Shown in pieces: positions 1 to 8,183 of a DNA stretch of 22,884 nucleotides. Below the pieces are notes generated by a model. It saw nothing but the letters and a program-made list of their open reading frames with translations. It did not search any database and had not been told where the DNA came from. The DNA comes from a candidate division WOR-3 bacterium (GTDB taxonomy: Bacteria > Hydrothermota > Tepidihabitantia > SM23-42 > CAYGYG01): positions 1-22,884 of the forward strand of contig CBFGIV010000036.1 in assembly GCA_965648915.1 (NCBI GenBank). The letters run 5' to 3'. Positions within the stretch are counted from its first letter, which is position 1, and the number at the start of each line of letters is the position of its first letter. Both the position numbers and the translations under genes were made by a program.

Positions 1-67
1 TAAGATAATCTTTCTCATAACTTACCTGCCTGTCAGGCAGACAGGTCATCTTTTCAGCATATTTCAT
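1..67 (-). CDS. 5' end of a gene running off the window, product unknown
   Basis: AAGGAG RBS upstream of ATG at 67 gives MKYAEKMTCLPDRQVSYEKDYL, open to the window edge. An alternative ATG at 18 in another frame gives a signal-peptide-like MRKIIL. A promoter lies at 87-114. The true start cannot be resolved here. Confidence 0.4.
   Translation of the reverse strand, partial: MKYAEKMTCLPDRQVSYEKDYL
24..46. repeat. Short imperfect palindrome ACCTGCCTGTCAGGCAGACAGGT (REP-like miniature element)
   Basis: Arms ACCTGCCTG / CAGACAGGT are seen directly. It resembles the widespread CCTGCCTGCCGGCAGRCAGG-type small repeats and reads CLPDRQV in the ATG67 frame. Confidence 0.55.
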
Positions 68-86
68 GGTTTAGCTCCTTTTGTAT

Positions 87-114
87 ATTATAGCCATTAG
101 AATTTCCACGACAA
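87..114 (-). promoter_or_regulatory. Putative sigma70 promoter TTGTCG-N16-TATAAT
   Basis: Perfect -10 and partial -35, just upstream of the RBS/ATG at 67. Confidence 0.5.
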
Positions 115-172
115 GTGGGACACAACCAAAAATAGTCGCTCTCCCTATTTGTAATTTAAGATTAAAAAAAGA

Positions 173-2557
173 TTACTTAATAACGATGACTTTCTCTGTA
201 AATACCTTCTCTCCTGCCTCGATATTTACAAAATAAACCCCTGATGCCAGTCTCTTTCTTATCCCTTTTTCATAAAGGCCGGGGTCTAATCGATTATCCA
301 TCAGAAGATCTTCAATCTGTCCAGATGAGTTAATTATCGCAACTCTTATTCGTGATGGTTTGATAACCCTGTACCTTATTTTAATATCCTGCACCTGACC
401 GATCCGGGGCAAAACCTCCGATGTCCTGTCTGATTTACCCCATGCATAACTCTCCTCCTCTACCCTGGGTGATGGTCCCCTGATGACCGTTATACTGCTT
501 GAGTGATAATTGGCAATATACATCCTTCGATATTGTCCATTCCAGGTAATGGCCAGAGGATTCAATCCCACCGGTAAGGTATTGATTACCTGATTGCTCA
601 CGACATCAATTATTGAAACATTATTACTTCCCTCATTCACACAATATACTAAACCTGCCTCTGGGTTATATTGTAAGGCACGGGGATTGGCACCGACATC
701 TATCGTTTTAATTATTGAATCTCCCGCGCAGTCAATCACCGAAACTGCATTACTGCCCCAGTTGGCTACGAAGATTTTTTCATTGGCAAATTTGACGGCA
801 CAGGGGAAGTTACCGACCTTAATTGTTTTTATGCTCGTATTACTTGCACAATTGATCACCGAAACATCACCACTGCCCCAGTTGGCACAGTATAGTTTGT
901 TACGATTGTTGTCAAGGGCACAACAACAGGGATGTAGACCAACCGAAACCGTGCTGACCACTCGATTATTGAAGCCATTAATTGCATATACCCATCCCTC
1001 ATTATATATTGCACAGTATATCTGATTGTTATTTGGATTCCAGAGCAGAAAATACGGACCCGGCTGTGACACCATTCCAATTTGTACTGAAGTTATTACC
1101 CTGTTGGTTGCACCATCAATGATTGTGATACTGTCACTATCAAAGTTCGCCGAATAAATTTTGTTATTGATAGGATTATAAGTTAAAGCGCACGGTGCCC
1201 GGCCGACCCGAACCGAACCTAAGATTGAATCACCATCCGCATCAATCACTGTTAGAGTATTGCTCCGCCGATTGGCAGTATAGACCTTTCTATTGGTTGA
1301 ATTCAGGGTTAGTGCACAGGGCTCAAAATCTACAGCAAATGTCTTTTTTATCGAATTATTTGCCCCATCAATAATCGTGACGCAATTATTTATACTATTG
1401 GTGCAATAGATTTTGTTCCCGACAGAATCCCAGAGAAGCGACTGTGGTCCACCACCTAAGACAACCGAACCCACAAAAGAATTGGAGGCGCCATCAATCA
1501 CAGACATATCATCGCTCGATTTATTGGCACAATAGACTTTGTCATTGGCCGAATTCCAGATAAGAGAACAGGGATCGCGATTGACATTTACGGTCGTTAT
1601 GACCTGCTGGTTAATGCCATTAATGATCGTTATGTTATCACTGTATTCATTAGTACAATAGACCTTTTTATCTGCCCAATTATAAGTAAGTTTTGTCGGC
1701 AAGATTCCAACATTGATTGCTGTTACAATATTTATCCCCCAGATCACTGATACAGTATTGCTCCCGGAATTGGCACAGTAGACACCGGTTGCACCGAAGA
1801 TTATGTCACAGGGGAAATTGCCAACGGTCAAAGTCTTTATAACAAGATCTCTCGCACCATCTATTACACTCACCGTGCCCGCATTATAATTGGCACAGTA
1901 TAAGTAGATAAAGGTACTATTGAATGCTAAGGCACAGGGCTCAAAACCAACCTTTATTGTAGTTATTACTGAATCTCTCATACCATCAATTACTGTAATG
2001 TCATCACTCAGACTGTTGGCACAATAGACTTTATTGGCATTTAACGAGCCCCAAGCCAACGCCCTGGGCCTATTACCAGCAGGGATAGTCTTTATAATTC
2101 TATCGGCCTGACCGTCGATTACCGTAACGGTATTGCTTCCCCAGTTAGCACAGTAGACCTTATTGTCGATCGAATTTAATGTGAGGGCAACAGGATTGGC
2201 ACCAACATTTAAGGTCTTTACTACAGAGTCATTGAATGCATTGATTATTGTTACGGTATTACTTCCCCAGTTGGCCGCATAGATCTTGTTGCTATTCTCA
2301 TTATAGAGCAGTGCCCTGACTCCTTTTCCCACCGGAATCCGGGCAATCTTCTGGTGGGTGGTCCCGCGAACAACAATCAAACAATTACCATATTCACTGC
2401 CGACATAAATCTTGTTGTTGGTAGTATTTACGGCAAGGCATTGCGGCTGATGCATTCCGCAAAGACTGTCCGGAACATATATCGTCTTCTCAACAAACTG
2501 GGCGAAGATAATATTTGCTGAAGTAATAAGAATTAGCAAAGGAATCTGTCGGCTCAT
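173..2557 (-). CDS. Secreted YVTN/YncE-type beta-propeller repeat protein with T9SS-type C-terminal sorting domain
   Basis: 794 aa with N-terminal signal peptide. About 15 repeats of ~42 aa (P..L..N..NKVYCAN.GS.TVSVID), enough for roughly two propellers. C-terminus SGVYFVNIEAGEKVFTEKVIVIK. AAGGAG RBS overlaps the upstream stop codon. Confidence 0.9.
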   Translation of the reverse strand: MSRQIPLLILITSANIIFAQFVEKTIYVPDSLCGMHQPQCLAVNTTNNKIYVGSEYGNCLIVVRGTTHQKIARIPVGKGVRALLYNENSNKIYAANWGSNTVTIINAFNDSVVKTLNVGANPVALTLNSIDNKVYCANWGSNTVTVIDGQADRIIKTIPAGNRPRALAWGSLNANKVYCANSLSDDITVIDGMRDSVITTIKVGFEPCALAFNSTFIYLYCANYNAGTVSVIDGARDLVIKTLTVGNFPCDIIFGATGVYCANSGSNTVSVIWGINIVTAINVGILPTKLTYNWADKKVYCTNEYSDNITIINGINQQVITTVNVNRDPCSLIWNSANDKVYCANKSSDDMSVIDGASNSFVGSVVLGGGPQSLLWDSVGNKIYCTNSINNCVTIIDGANNSIKKTFAVDFEPCALTLNSTNRKVYTANRRSNTLTVIDADGDSILGSVRVGRAPCALTYNPINNKIYSANFDSDSITIIDGATNRVITSVQIGMVSQPGPYFLLWNPNNNQIYCAIYNEGWVYAINGFNNRVVSTVSVGLHPCCCALDNNRNKLYCANWGSGDVSVINCASNTSIKTIKVGNFPCAVKFANEKIFVANWGSNAVSVIDCAGDSIIKTIDVGANPRALQYNPEAGLVYCVNEGSNNVSIIDVVSNQVINTLPVGLNPLAITWNGQYRRMYIANYHSSSITVIRGPSPRVEEESYAWGKSDRTSEVLPRIGQVQDIKIRYRVIKPSRIRVAIINSSGQIEDLLMDNRLDPGLYEKGIRKRLASGVYFVNIEAGEKVFTEKVIVIK

Positions 2558-2567
2558 CTCTACTCCT

Positions 2568-3974
2568 TTATATCTTTATTACCTTGGTTACGATATGATA
2601 GTCCTCGTTACTTAGTTCGATAAAGTAAGCACCAGAGGGCATTCCTGAAGCATCCCAGACAATCTGGTTAAATGGCTGGATAGTTGAATGGTTGAATTGT
2701 TTAACCAATCTACCACCCGCATCATAGACTCTTAGGGTAATTTCGGATTTCGAATTTCGGATTTCGAATTTAACCGTTGCCTTGCACCGGAACGGATTGG
2801 GTGATATCTGTAATCGATTATCGGCTATCTGATCTTTAATCTCCTCGACCCCGGTCACCCTGCCCCGTTTATAATAGGGCATACCATAACCAATCCCATC
2901 CCGGGAGTCGGTCCAGACAACATGGAGCCGGAGTTCTGAATCAGCTGCAATGAAAGGCAGGTAGGAATAACCCCAGGCACTGGTCAGACGATAATCCTGA
3001 CTCCAGCGTATGCCGTCAAAATATTTGTAATAAATCTCGCTCCCCCCGACATCACGCCAGTCGGTCCAGACAATATGGACTCGGTCGTCTTTATCAACGC
3101 AGATGTTAGGCCAATCCTTGACATAGTTGACGCGCACCAAGGGTGTATCCGGTTCCCAGTTTGTGCCATTGAATCTTTTATAAAAAATATCCTGATTCCC
3201 ATATCGACAGTCTACCCAGACAATATGGACTCTTCCTCTCGAATCACAGGCAAGATTTGGTTTAACTGAATGGTCGGGTGCATTGGTCAGCATCGTCTCA
3301 GGCTCCCAGACATTATTTCTGCACCGCTTGTAATAGATTTCATAATTTCCCGTTATATCTCCACACCAGGTTATATGGACATTGCCCGATAAATCAGCAG
3401 CAATTGATGAAGCAAGCCAGTAAGGCTCCGGATACGATCCTTGGTGCCACGGGCAAAGACTAATCATTGTATCCCAGGTTGTGCCATTAAAACGCTTGTA
3501 GACAAAACGGCGAAATACCTCATTTGACCAAACAATATGAAGTCGATTAAAAGTATCCACAGCAAGGGCTGGACGACTGCCACGCTGGGTGATGGTATCC
3601 TTTGAAATTACTGTTTCCGGCTGCCACAAACCACCCTCATAACGTTTGTAAATAATCCTGTCCCCCGCCACCCATTTGTCACAAACCATATGGAGCCGAT
3701 TGTTCTTATCCACACTAATTGTCGGTTGACATCCGTTGACCATCATCACAAGAGTCGTTTCTGGTTCCCAGGCAAAACCATTGTAACGACGGAACTTTAT
3801 TCCGGAACCATCCCTTGTATGCCAGACAACATACACTCTTCCCAGGTTATCGGCTGCAACCCTCCGAACACTCGACCTTATGTAACACCCTTCTGAACCG
3901 ATTGTATCCCTTGAAAGGGGAAAATCTGGCCCCCAATCAGTGATTATTGATAAAACAAGTAAAAGGTTAATCAT
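2568..3974 (-). CDS. Secreted BNR/sialidase-like beta-propeller protein with T9SS-type C-terminal domain
   Basis: 468 aa with short hydrophobic N-terminus. About 7 repeats of ~50 aa (D..GRVHIVW.D.R.GN.EIYYKR..G..W.PE..L). C-terminal SPNPF...RVYDAGGRLV...SGAYF...TKVIKI. Confidence 0.85.
   Translation of the reverse strand: MINLLLVLSIITDWGPDFPLSRDTIGSEGCYIRSSVRRVAADNLGRVYVVWHTRDGSGIKFRRYNGFAWEPETTLVMMVNGCQPTISVDKNNRLHMVCDKWVAGDRIIYKRYEGGLWQPETVISKDTITQRGSRPALAVDTFNRLHIVWSNEVFRRFVYKRFNGTTWDTMISLCPWHQGSYPEPYWLASSIAADLSGNVHITWCGDITGNYEIYYKRCRNNVWEPETMLTNAPDHSVKPNLACDSRGRVHIVWVDCRYGNQDIFYKRFNGTNWEPDTPLVRVNYVKDWPNICVDKDDRVHIVWTDWRDVGGSEIYYKYFDGIRWSQDYRLTSAWGYSYLPFIAADSELRLHVVWTDSRDGIGYGMPYYKRGRVTGVEEIKDQIADNRLQISPNPFRCKATVKFEIRNSKSEITLRVYDAGGRLVKQFNHSTIQPFNQIVWDASGMPSGAYFIELSNEDYHIVTKVIKI
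2665..2704. repeat. Intragenic degenerate 8-bp tandem repeat (TGGTTGAA x5)
   Basis: TGGTTAAA TGGCTGGA TAGTTGAA TGGTTGAA TTGTTTAA, encoding KQFNHSTIQPFNQ in the CTD. Confidence 0.7.
2740..2771. repeat. Intragenic 7-bp tandem repeat (ATTTCGR x4.5)
   Basis: ATTTCGG ATTTCGA ATTTCGG ATTTCGA ATTT, encoding KFEIRNSKSEI. Confidence 0.85.
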
Positions 3975-3983
3975 AAAGCCCCC

Positions 3984-5819
3984 TTATTCAATAACGACGA
4001 TTTTTTTAGTCACCACCTTACCATTGACCTCAAGCCGGACAAAGTAAATACCAGGATTCAAGCAAATTATTGAAGGCAAAGAACCACCGGTAAATGACTT
4101 CACCATCTTCCCACAGACATCATAAATCTTTAATCCTATCTTCTGACTTCTGTCTTCTGTTATCTGCAATCTGATCTCCCTTCTTGCCGGATTCTGTATT
4201 ATCTTTAATCCAGTATCGAGTATCAAGTATCGAGTATCTTCTGTAATGCCAGTTTTGCGAATCACAAAGGTGCTGTCACTGAAATCCCACGCCGTGCCCC
4301 GGGGTTTGTCCTCTCCTGCTCGTGGTGGTCCATATGCCCAGATCATTATCTTGCAACTGTCGGACAATGAATCTGGCACACGCCACAAATACAGAGTATC
4401 GTTCGATTGCTGGATGGTTGTGATGGTTTGATAGTTACGGCCATTGTCAAAAGAGACGAAAAGGGTAAAGGAATCGGCACCGGGCGGGGTGAATTTCTCC
4501 CAGGTGATGGGGAATTGAGTGCCGGGGACTAAAACCTCGCCACCGTTGGGACGGTGAAGGCGCACACCTTCAATCTCCCAGACTTTGGCTCTATCACCAT
4601 TGACTTCAACAATCTCTGGATAACCATTTTTGTTTAAGTCGTAGACACAGAGATTGGTAGTTCGGCTGCAACGATTATTGCCATGGTATTGAGAATGGAC
4701 TTTTACAAACTCTCCATTGATATACTTGTATACCCACCAATCCCTGCCGGCTGACCAGACCAGTTCAACCTCTCCGTCACTGTCAATATCACCAAAATCA
4801 CTCCGTTTTTCAGCTGACTTATCAGGCCATGGATATTCCATTGAATCCTTAAAAATTACCTGAAATTGATTGTTGCCAGTTGACTCAAAGATATATATAG
4901 CCGCACCTGGTATCTCATGGCCCAAAAAACCGTCTAATCCAAGCATCATTTCGGGTTTTCCATTGTGTGTCAGATCAGGCAGAGCCCCACAAGCATCATC
5001 AATACCCAGCCATGAGGAATCCTGATACATCCATATGATTTCATATTGGTTATCACTAACATTTTCATAGACGGCAACATTATTCCAATCGCTTGCTGGG
5101 TGAACGCCAAACTCCATCTTCCCATCAACATCAAAATCACCTATTGCCATTACACAATTTTTTACCCCCAGAGTATCACGGAAGACCAGACGATAACGAT
5201 TGTCAGTATAATTTTCAAGAACCGTTGGCCAGCAATATTCAATAAATGAAATCTCCTTTTTCCCATCCCGGTCAAGATCGGTAATGTATTGTCCAAGTTC
5301 GATGTCATTTGATAAATTGAACCTTGCCCATACTAATCTCTTTGGGAAAGAATAAAGGTCAGTCGCTTCATAGATACCGACAAACCACTCGTTAATGATA
5401 TGATCCCAATTTTTAACTACGACATCAATCAAAGAATCACCATCAGCATCACCAATGGTACTAAAGAATGGAAGAGAATAAAAGCCCAAAATCGAGTCAC
5501 TCAATACATATCGATCATACGGATAGCAGGAATAATAAAGAAGTGCCGCAGAATCTACGGGTGCGTTCCAGAGTGAAGAAAAAATTAACTCATTTACACC
5601 ATAAGTAAGACCCTTTTCAAACCCCGAATACTGCGGTTTCCAGAGAGAAGAATAAATTAACTCATTTACTCCATCTCGATTTACATCAAACCCTTCAACT
5701 GCGGATACTACACCATAAGTCCCTCTTGGCACAAACCAGGTCAGTCTGAACCTTAAAGAATCGGCATAACTTGCACTAAATCCAGTTATCAAAATCAGTA
5801 TCTTCAAATATCTTCTCAT
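3984..5819 (-). CDS. Secreted FG-GAP/VCBS repeat beta-propeller with PNGGE Ig-like domain and T9SS-type C-terminal domain
   Basis: Seven DxDxDGxxE-like Ca-binding loops (DVNRDGVNE, DADGDSLID, DLDRDGKKE, DFDVDGKME, DLTHNGKPE, DIDSDGEVE, DLNKNGYPE), RPNGGE, and C-terminal PGIYF...TKKIVVIE. Start moved from 5843 to ATG 5819, which has GGAGG 7 nt upstream and gives signal peptide MRRYLKILILITGFSASYA. Confidence 0.85.
   Translation of the reverse strand: MRRYLKILILITGFSASYADSLRFRLTWFVPRGTYGVVSAVEGFDVNRDGVNELIYSSLWKPQYSGFEKGLTYGVNELIFSSLWNAPVDSAALLYYSCYPYDRYVLSDSILGFYSLPFFSTIGDADGDSLIDVVVKNWDHIINEWFVGIYEATDLYSFPKRLVWARFNLSNDIELGQYITDLDRDGKKEISFIEYCWPTVLENYTDNRYRLVFRDTLGVKNCVMAIGDFDVDGKMEFGVHPASDWNNVAVYENVSDNQYEIIWMYQDSSWLGIDDACGALPDLTHNGKPEMMLGLDGFLGHEIPGAAIYIFESTGNNQFQVIFKDSMEYPWPDKSAEKRSDFGDIDSDGEVELVWSAGRDWWVYKYINGEFVKVHSQYHGNNRCSRTTNLCVYDLNKNGYPEIVEVNGDRAKVWEIEGVRLHRPNGGEVLVPGTQFPITWEKFTPPGADSFTLFVSFDNGRNYQTITTIQQSNDTLYLWRVPDSLSDSCKIMIWAYGPPRAGEDKPRGTAWDFSDSTFVIRKTGITEDTRYLILDTGLKIIQNPARREIRLQITEDRSQKIGLKIYDVCGKMVKSFTGGSLPSIICLNPGIYFVRLEVNGKVVTKKIVVIE
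4141..4238. repeat. Two intragenic 7-bp repeat tracts (WTCTGNN x5 at 4141-4175; NAGTATC x4 at 4211-4238)
   Basis: TTCTGAC TTCTGTC TTCTGTT ATCTGCA ATCTGAT and CAGTATC GAGTATC AAGTATC GAGTATC, both in or at the start of the CTD. Confidence 0.75.
5566..5674. repeat. 37-bp direct repeat with 72-bp period inside the FG-GAP gene
   Basis: 5566-5602 and 5638-5674 differ at 3 positions and encode GVNELIYSSLW / GVNELIFSSLW. Confidence 0.85.
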
Positions 5820-5831
5820 AAGTAATCCTCC

Positions 5832-5857
5832 CGGGGCGAGCATTTAAGTCCGCCCCG
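5832..5857 (-). other. GC-rich intercistronic stem-loop abutting an RBS
   Basis: Stem CGGGGCG / CGCCCCG with no U-tract. The GGAGG of the FG-GAP gene begins at the base of the stem. Confidence 0.6.
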
Positions 5858-5866
5858 ATATTTGTG

Positions 5867-7741
5867 CTACTTCACTATAACCATCTTCTTTGTAAACACC
5901 TTATTACCAATCTCAGCACGAAGCAGATAGACACCGGGAGAAACAGTATTACCACGGTCATCAGTGCAGTTCCAGGTGAGTTGGTCTGAGTGTCTGATAG
6001 TCTTATGGTCAAATTGTCTGACCAATCGTCCGGTTGCATCAAAGATTCTGAGTGTGATTTCGGATTCCGGATTTCGAATTTCGAATTTAACTGTTGTCTT
6101 GCGACATAAAGGATTGGGCGAAACAGTAATAATATCTCTTGTTTTAGCATTGGTAAGCCCTGCTGTTTGTATTCCACCTTCGCCTTTGATCTCAGGCTCA
6201 AACTGATACACTGTCAGGTCAGCAAGCGGAACGAACTCGCCTTCTTTATTCTTCAAAACGACTATAATCCGAGAATCTCTCTGGTAAAGCCTTGAAGGTA
6301 TTATTATACTGAAGGTTTTGAGCGCATTCGGCATAATCTGAAGCGAACCAAAACTCTCGCCATCAATGGTCAGGTCTGCTTTTACTGGCTGAATACCTTC
6401 AAAATAGGCAGAGCCTTTAAGAATATACCCATACCTCGGGTCCAGATAGTGGAGGTTGTAGGATAAGAAGTCCTTAGCATAATCGATTGCATATTGATTA
6501 TAAACCTTAAATCCATCTCTCTTTAAGCAGTAGTGAGAAGGCTTCTCTTTACCGATATCAACGGTATAATAGACCCGTTCCTGCTCAGCCTTTGGCGGCA
6601 GATTGAAATGTTTTCGGTAAAACCATACCTGATAGGGATCGACTTCGGTCCAGGGACAGTAGAGGCGCACATCGAACTTCTCGCGCATTAAAACACTGGG
6701 ATAGTTTGATTCATACGGGGTAGGACTGGGCAATAGCCAGCCTTGACCAAATCTGCGACTGTAGTAGTAAAGGTCTAATTGACCACTCATTGGCTCTTGC
6801 TCAGCAAGAACCAGAAATTCACCTTCAGCAATTGTCGGAGATTCGGAAATCCTATTAGGTGTAGGGTTAAACGGAAGCTTATTATCCCACCAAAGAGGCC
6901 AATCGTTCAAATATGCTGACATCCTGAAGACATCACGCGTAGCACGAGGATCAGGAGCGTTTGGGTCCTCTTCACACCATCCAACAAAGATCGAGTCGCC
7001 AAAGCATTCACAGAAGGTCTGGATTTGATACTTCCCCGGCGTGTGGGGAGCTGGACCGCGACAGGAAGCCCAGTTGCTTTGACCGCTTGGTTTCCGCCAG
7101 ACCGTGATGCGATTGTTACCATCACAATGGGAAATATATGCATTTCCGTCACCGTCAACAGCAATAGAAGGCGATTGACAATTGTACCCGGTAAGCAGAC
7201 CTGTCTGTAGTCTCTCACCAGTGTATTTGCAGTATGCATAATGAATTCCAGCCCAGCCTTTTGAATTAGCTAACCACTCTTCCCAGGTCCAGAAGACCTC
7301 ATCTTGAAAAGTTGTTAGTGATGTTTTATGAACAGGGCCTTCAGAAGGGATGTCAAAGCCATTCCAGTTTGAGCCATCAAACCATCGATAAGCACACCGA
7401 CTGGGCCACTCACTGGTGCCATATGAAACACATACTGTGCAGGGCTGTCCTGAATAATACCAGGGCAGACCTACGCTCGGGTCTTGTAGGAAAGGACTCG
7501 GGTCAGGTATGGGTCTTATAACCCAGTTATCACCACCATCTGGAGAACGGCCCCATTGGATGCAATATCCGGTTGGAGAAGTAGCCTCCACAAAGACGAG
7601 GTGCAACTGTTCGGTCGGGATAGCCCGTGCCAGATGTCGGCCTGAGCTTGACGGGGTTTCTCCAGGTGAAATCTGGACTTGCGCCAAAACAACCCCACCC
7701 AAAAGAGAGATGGCTATTGATATTTGAATTACTCTTTTCAT
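5867..7741 (-). CDS. Secreted multi-domain protein (Asp-box propeller-like region, beta-rich domain, FlgD-Ig/T9SS-type C-terminal domain)
   Basis: 624 aa with signal peptide MKRVIQISIAISLLGGVVLA, Asp-box SPDGGDNW, and C-terminal SPNP...RIFDATGRLV...WNCTDDRGNTVSPGVYL...TKKMVIVK. AGGAGGT RBS. Confidence 0.8.
   Translation of the reverse strand: MKRVIQISIAISLLGGVVLAQVQISPGETPSSSGRHLARAIPTEQLHLVFVEATSPTGYCIQWGRSPDGGDNWVIRPIPDPSPFLQDPSVGLPWYYSGQPCTVCVSYGTSEWPSRCAYRWFDGSNWNGFDIPSEGPVHKTSLTTFQDEVFWTWEEWLANSKGWAGIHYAYCKYTGERLQTGLLTGYNCQSPSIAVDGDGNAYISHCDGNNRITVWRKPSGQSNWASCRGPAPHTPGKYQIQTFCECFGDSIFVGWCEEDPNAPDPRATRDVFRMSAYLNDWPLWWDNKLPFNPTPNRISESPTIAEGEFLVLAEQEPMSGQLDLYYYSRRFGQGWLLPSPTPYESNYPSVLMREKFDVRLYCPWTEVDPYQVWFYRKHFNLPPKAEQERVYYTVDIGKEKPSHYCLKRDGFKVYNQYAIDYAKDFLSYNLHYLDPRYGYILKGSAYFEGIQPVKADLTIDGESFGSLQIMPNALKTFSIIIPSRLYQRDSRIIVVLKNKEGEFVPLADLTVYQFEPEIKGEGGIQTAGLTNAKTRDIITVSPNPLCRKTTVKFEIRNPESEITLRIFDATGRLVRQFDHKTIRHSDQLTWNCTDDRGNTVSPGVYLLRAEIGNKVFTKKMVIVK
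5982..6088. repeat. Intragenic 8-bp (TGGTCTGA x5, 5982-6021) and 7-bp (ATTTCGR x4.5, 6057-6088) repeat tracts
   Basis: TGGTCTGA GTGTCTGA TAGTCTTA TGGTCAAA TTGTCTGA, and ATTTCGG ATTCCGG ATTTCGA ATTTCGA ATTT. Same relative CTD positions as in gene 2568..3974. Confidence 0.8.
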
Positions 7742-7755
7742 CTTATACCTCCTGC

Positions 7756-7784
7756 ATTTTAATACATATTCCTTTATCTGTCAA
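7756..7784 (-). promoter_or_regulatory. Sigma70 promoter TTGACA-N17-TAAAAT for the secreted-protein operon
   Basis: Consensus -35, near-consensus -10 and 17-nt spacer, 14 nt upstream of ATG 7741. Confidence 0.7.
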
Positions 7785-7866
7785 GGATTTTCTGCGTTAA
7801 GCAGATGGTGCAGATGTGATTTATGGTTCTGTTAAATCATAGCACACCTCCAGGTTAAGGGGCAAA

Positions 7867-8090
7867 AGGGTCTGAGGGTCGGAGAGTCCGGGGGTCGAAG
7901 GGTCGATAGAGTCTGAAGGTCGAGAGTCTGGGAGTCGAAAAGATGGAAATAGAAGATAGAGGATGGAAGATAGAAAGATAGAAAATAGAAGATATAAGAT
8001 GATTGAAGTAAAAAGAGAAAAGATAGAAAAAGAGTAAGAAAAAGGCGTTAGTGCGGTATTCGCTCTCGAGAGAGAGAGAGAGAGTCTCTC
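7867..8090. repeat. Low-complexity intergenic tract: 8-mer RGRGTCNN array, 7-mer AAGATAG array, A/G-rich run and (GA)8 microsatellite
   Basis: AGGGTCTG AGGGTCGG AGAGTCCG GGGGTCGA... (7867-7938), AAGATGG...AAGATAG AGGATGG AAGATAG... (about 7940-8002), GAGAGAGAGAGAGAGAG (8068-8084). Strong purine bias on the + strand. Confidence 0.85.
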
Positions 8091-8146
8091 AGCAAAAATA
8101 ACCTTTTACTGACAGGGATAAACCCTGCCCTTACATCTCTTTTCAA
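8048..8146 (-). CDS. Possible 32-aa leader peptide crossing the (CT)n tract
   Basis: GGAGG followed 4 nt later by TTG gives MKRDVRAGFIPVSKRLFLLRDSLSLSRERIPH*. No homology support. Confidence 0.25.
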   Translation of the reverse strand: MKRDVRAGFIPVSKRLFLLRDSLSLSRERIPH

Positions 8147-8183
8147 TATTCCTCCAGTTAAGTCCTGCCTCAACTAAACAAGT

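Noticed and set aside
740..2290. Recurring GTTGGCACA(A/G)TAGAC / CTGCCCCAGTTGGC motifs resembling an array or sigma54 -24 boxes
   Set aside because: They are the reverse complement of repeated VYCAN(WGS) codons in the YVTN blades.
5566..5674. CRISPR-like geometry (37-bp repeat, 35-bp spacer)
   Set aside because: Only two copies, in frame inside a CDS, not palindromic, with no leader and no cas genes.
2665..6088. Diversity-generating retroelement TR/VR pair between the similar CTD regions or the 37-bp repeats
   Set aside because: No reverse transcriptase in the window, and the mismatches are not confined to adenines of one template copy.
8052..8063. TGCGGTATTCGC (and GCGGTATT at 9594) as extra activator sites
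   Set aside because: Half-sites only, lacking the correctly spaced TGTCGCA arm and a nearby -24/-12 promoter.
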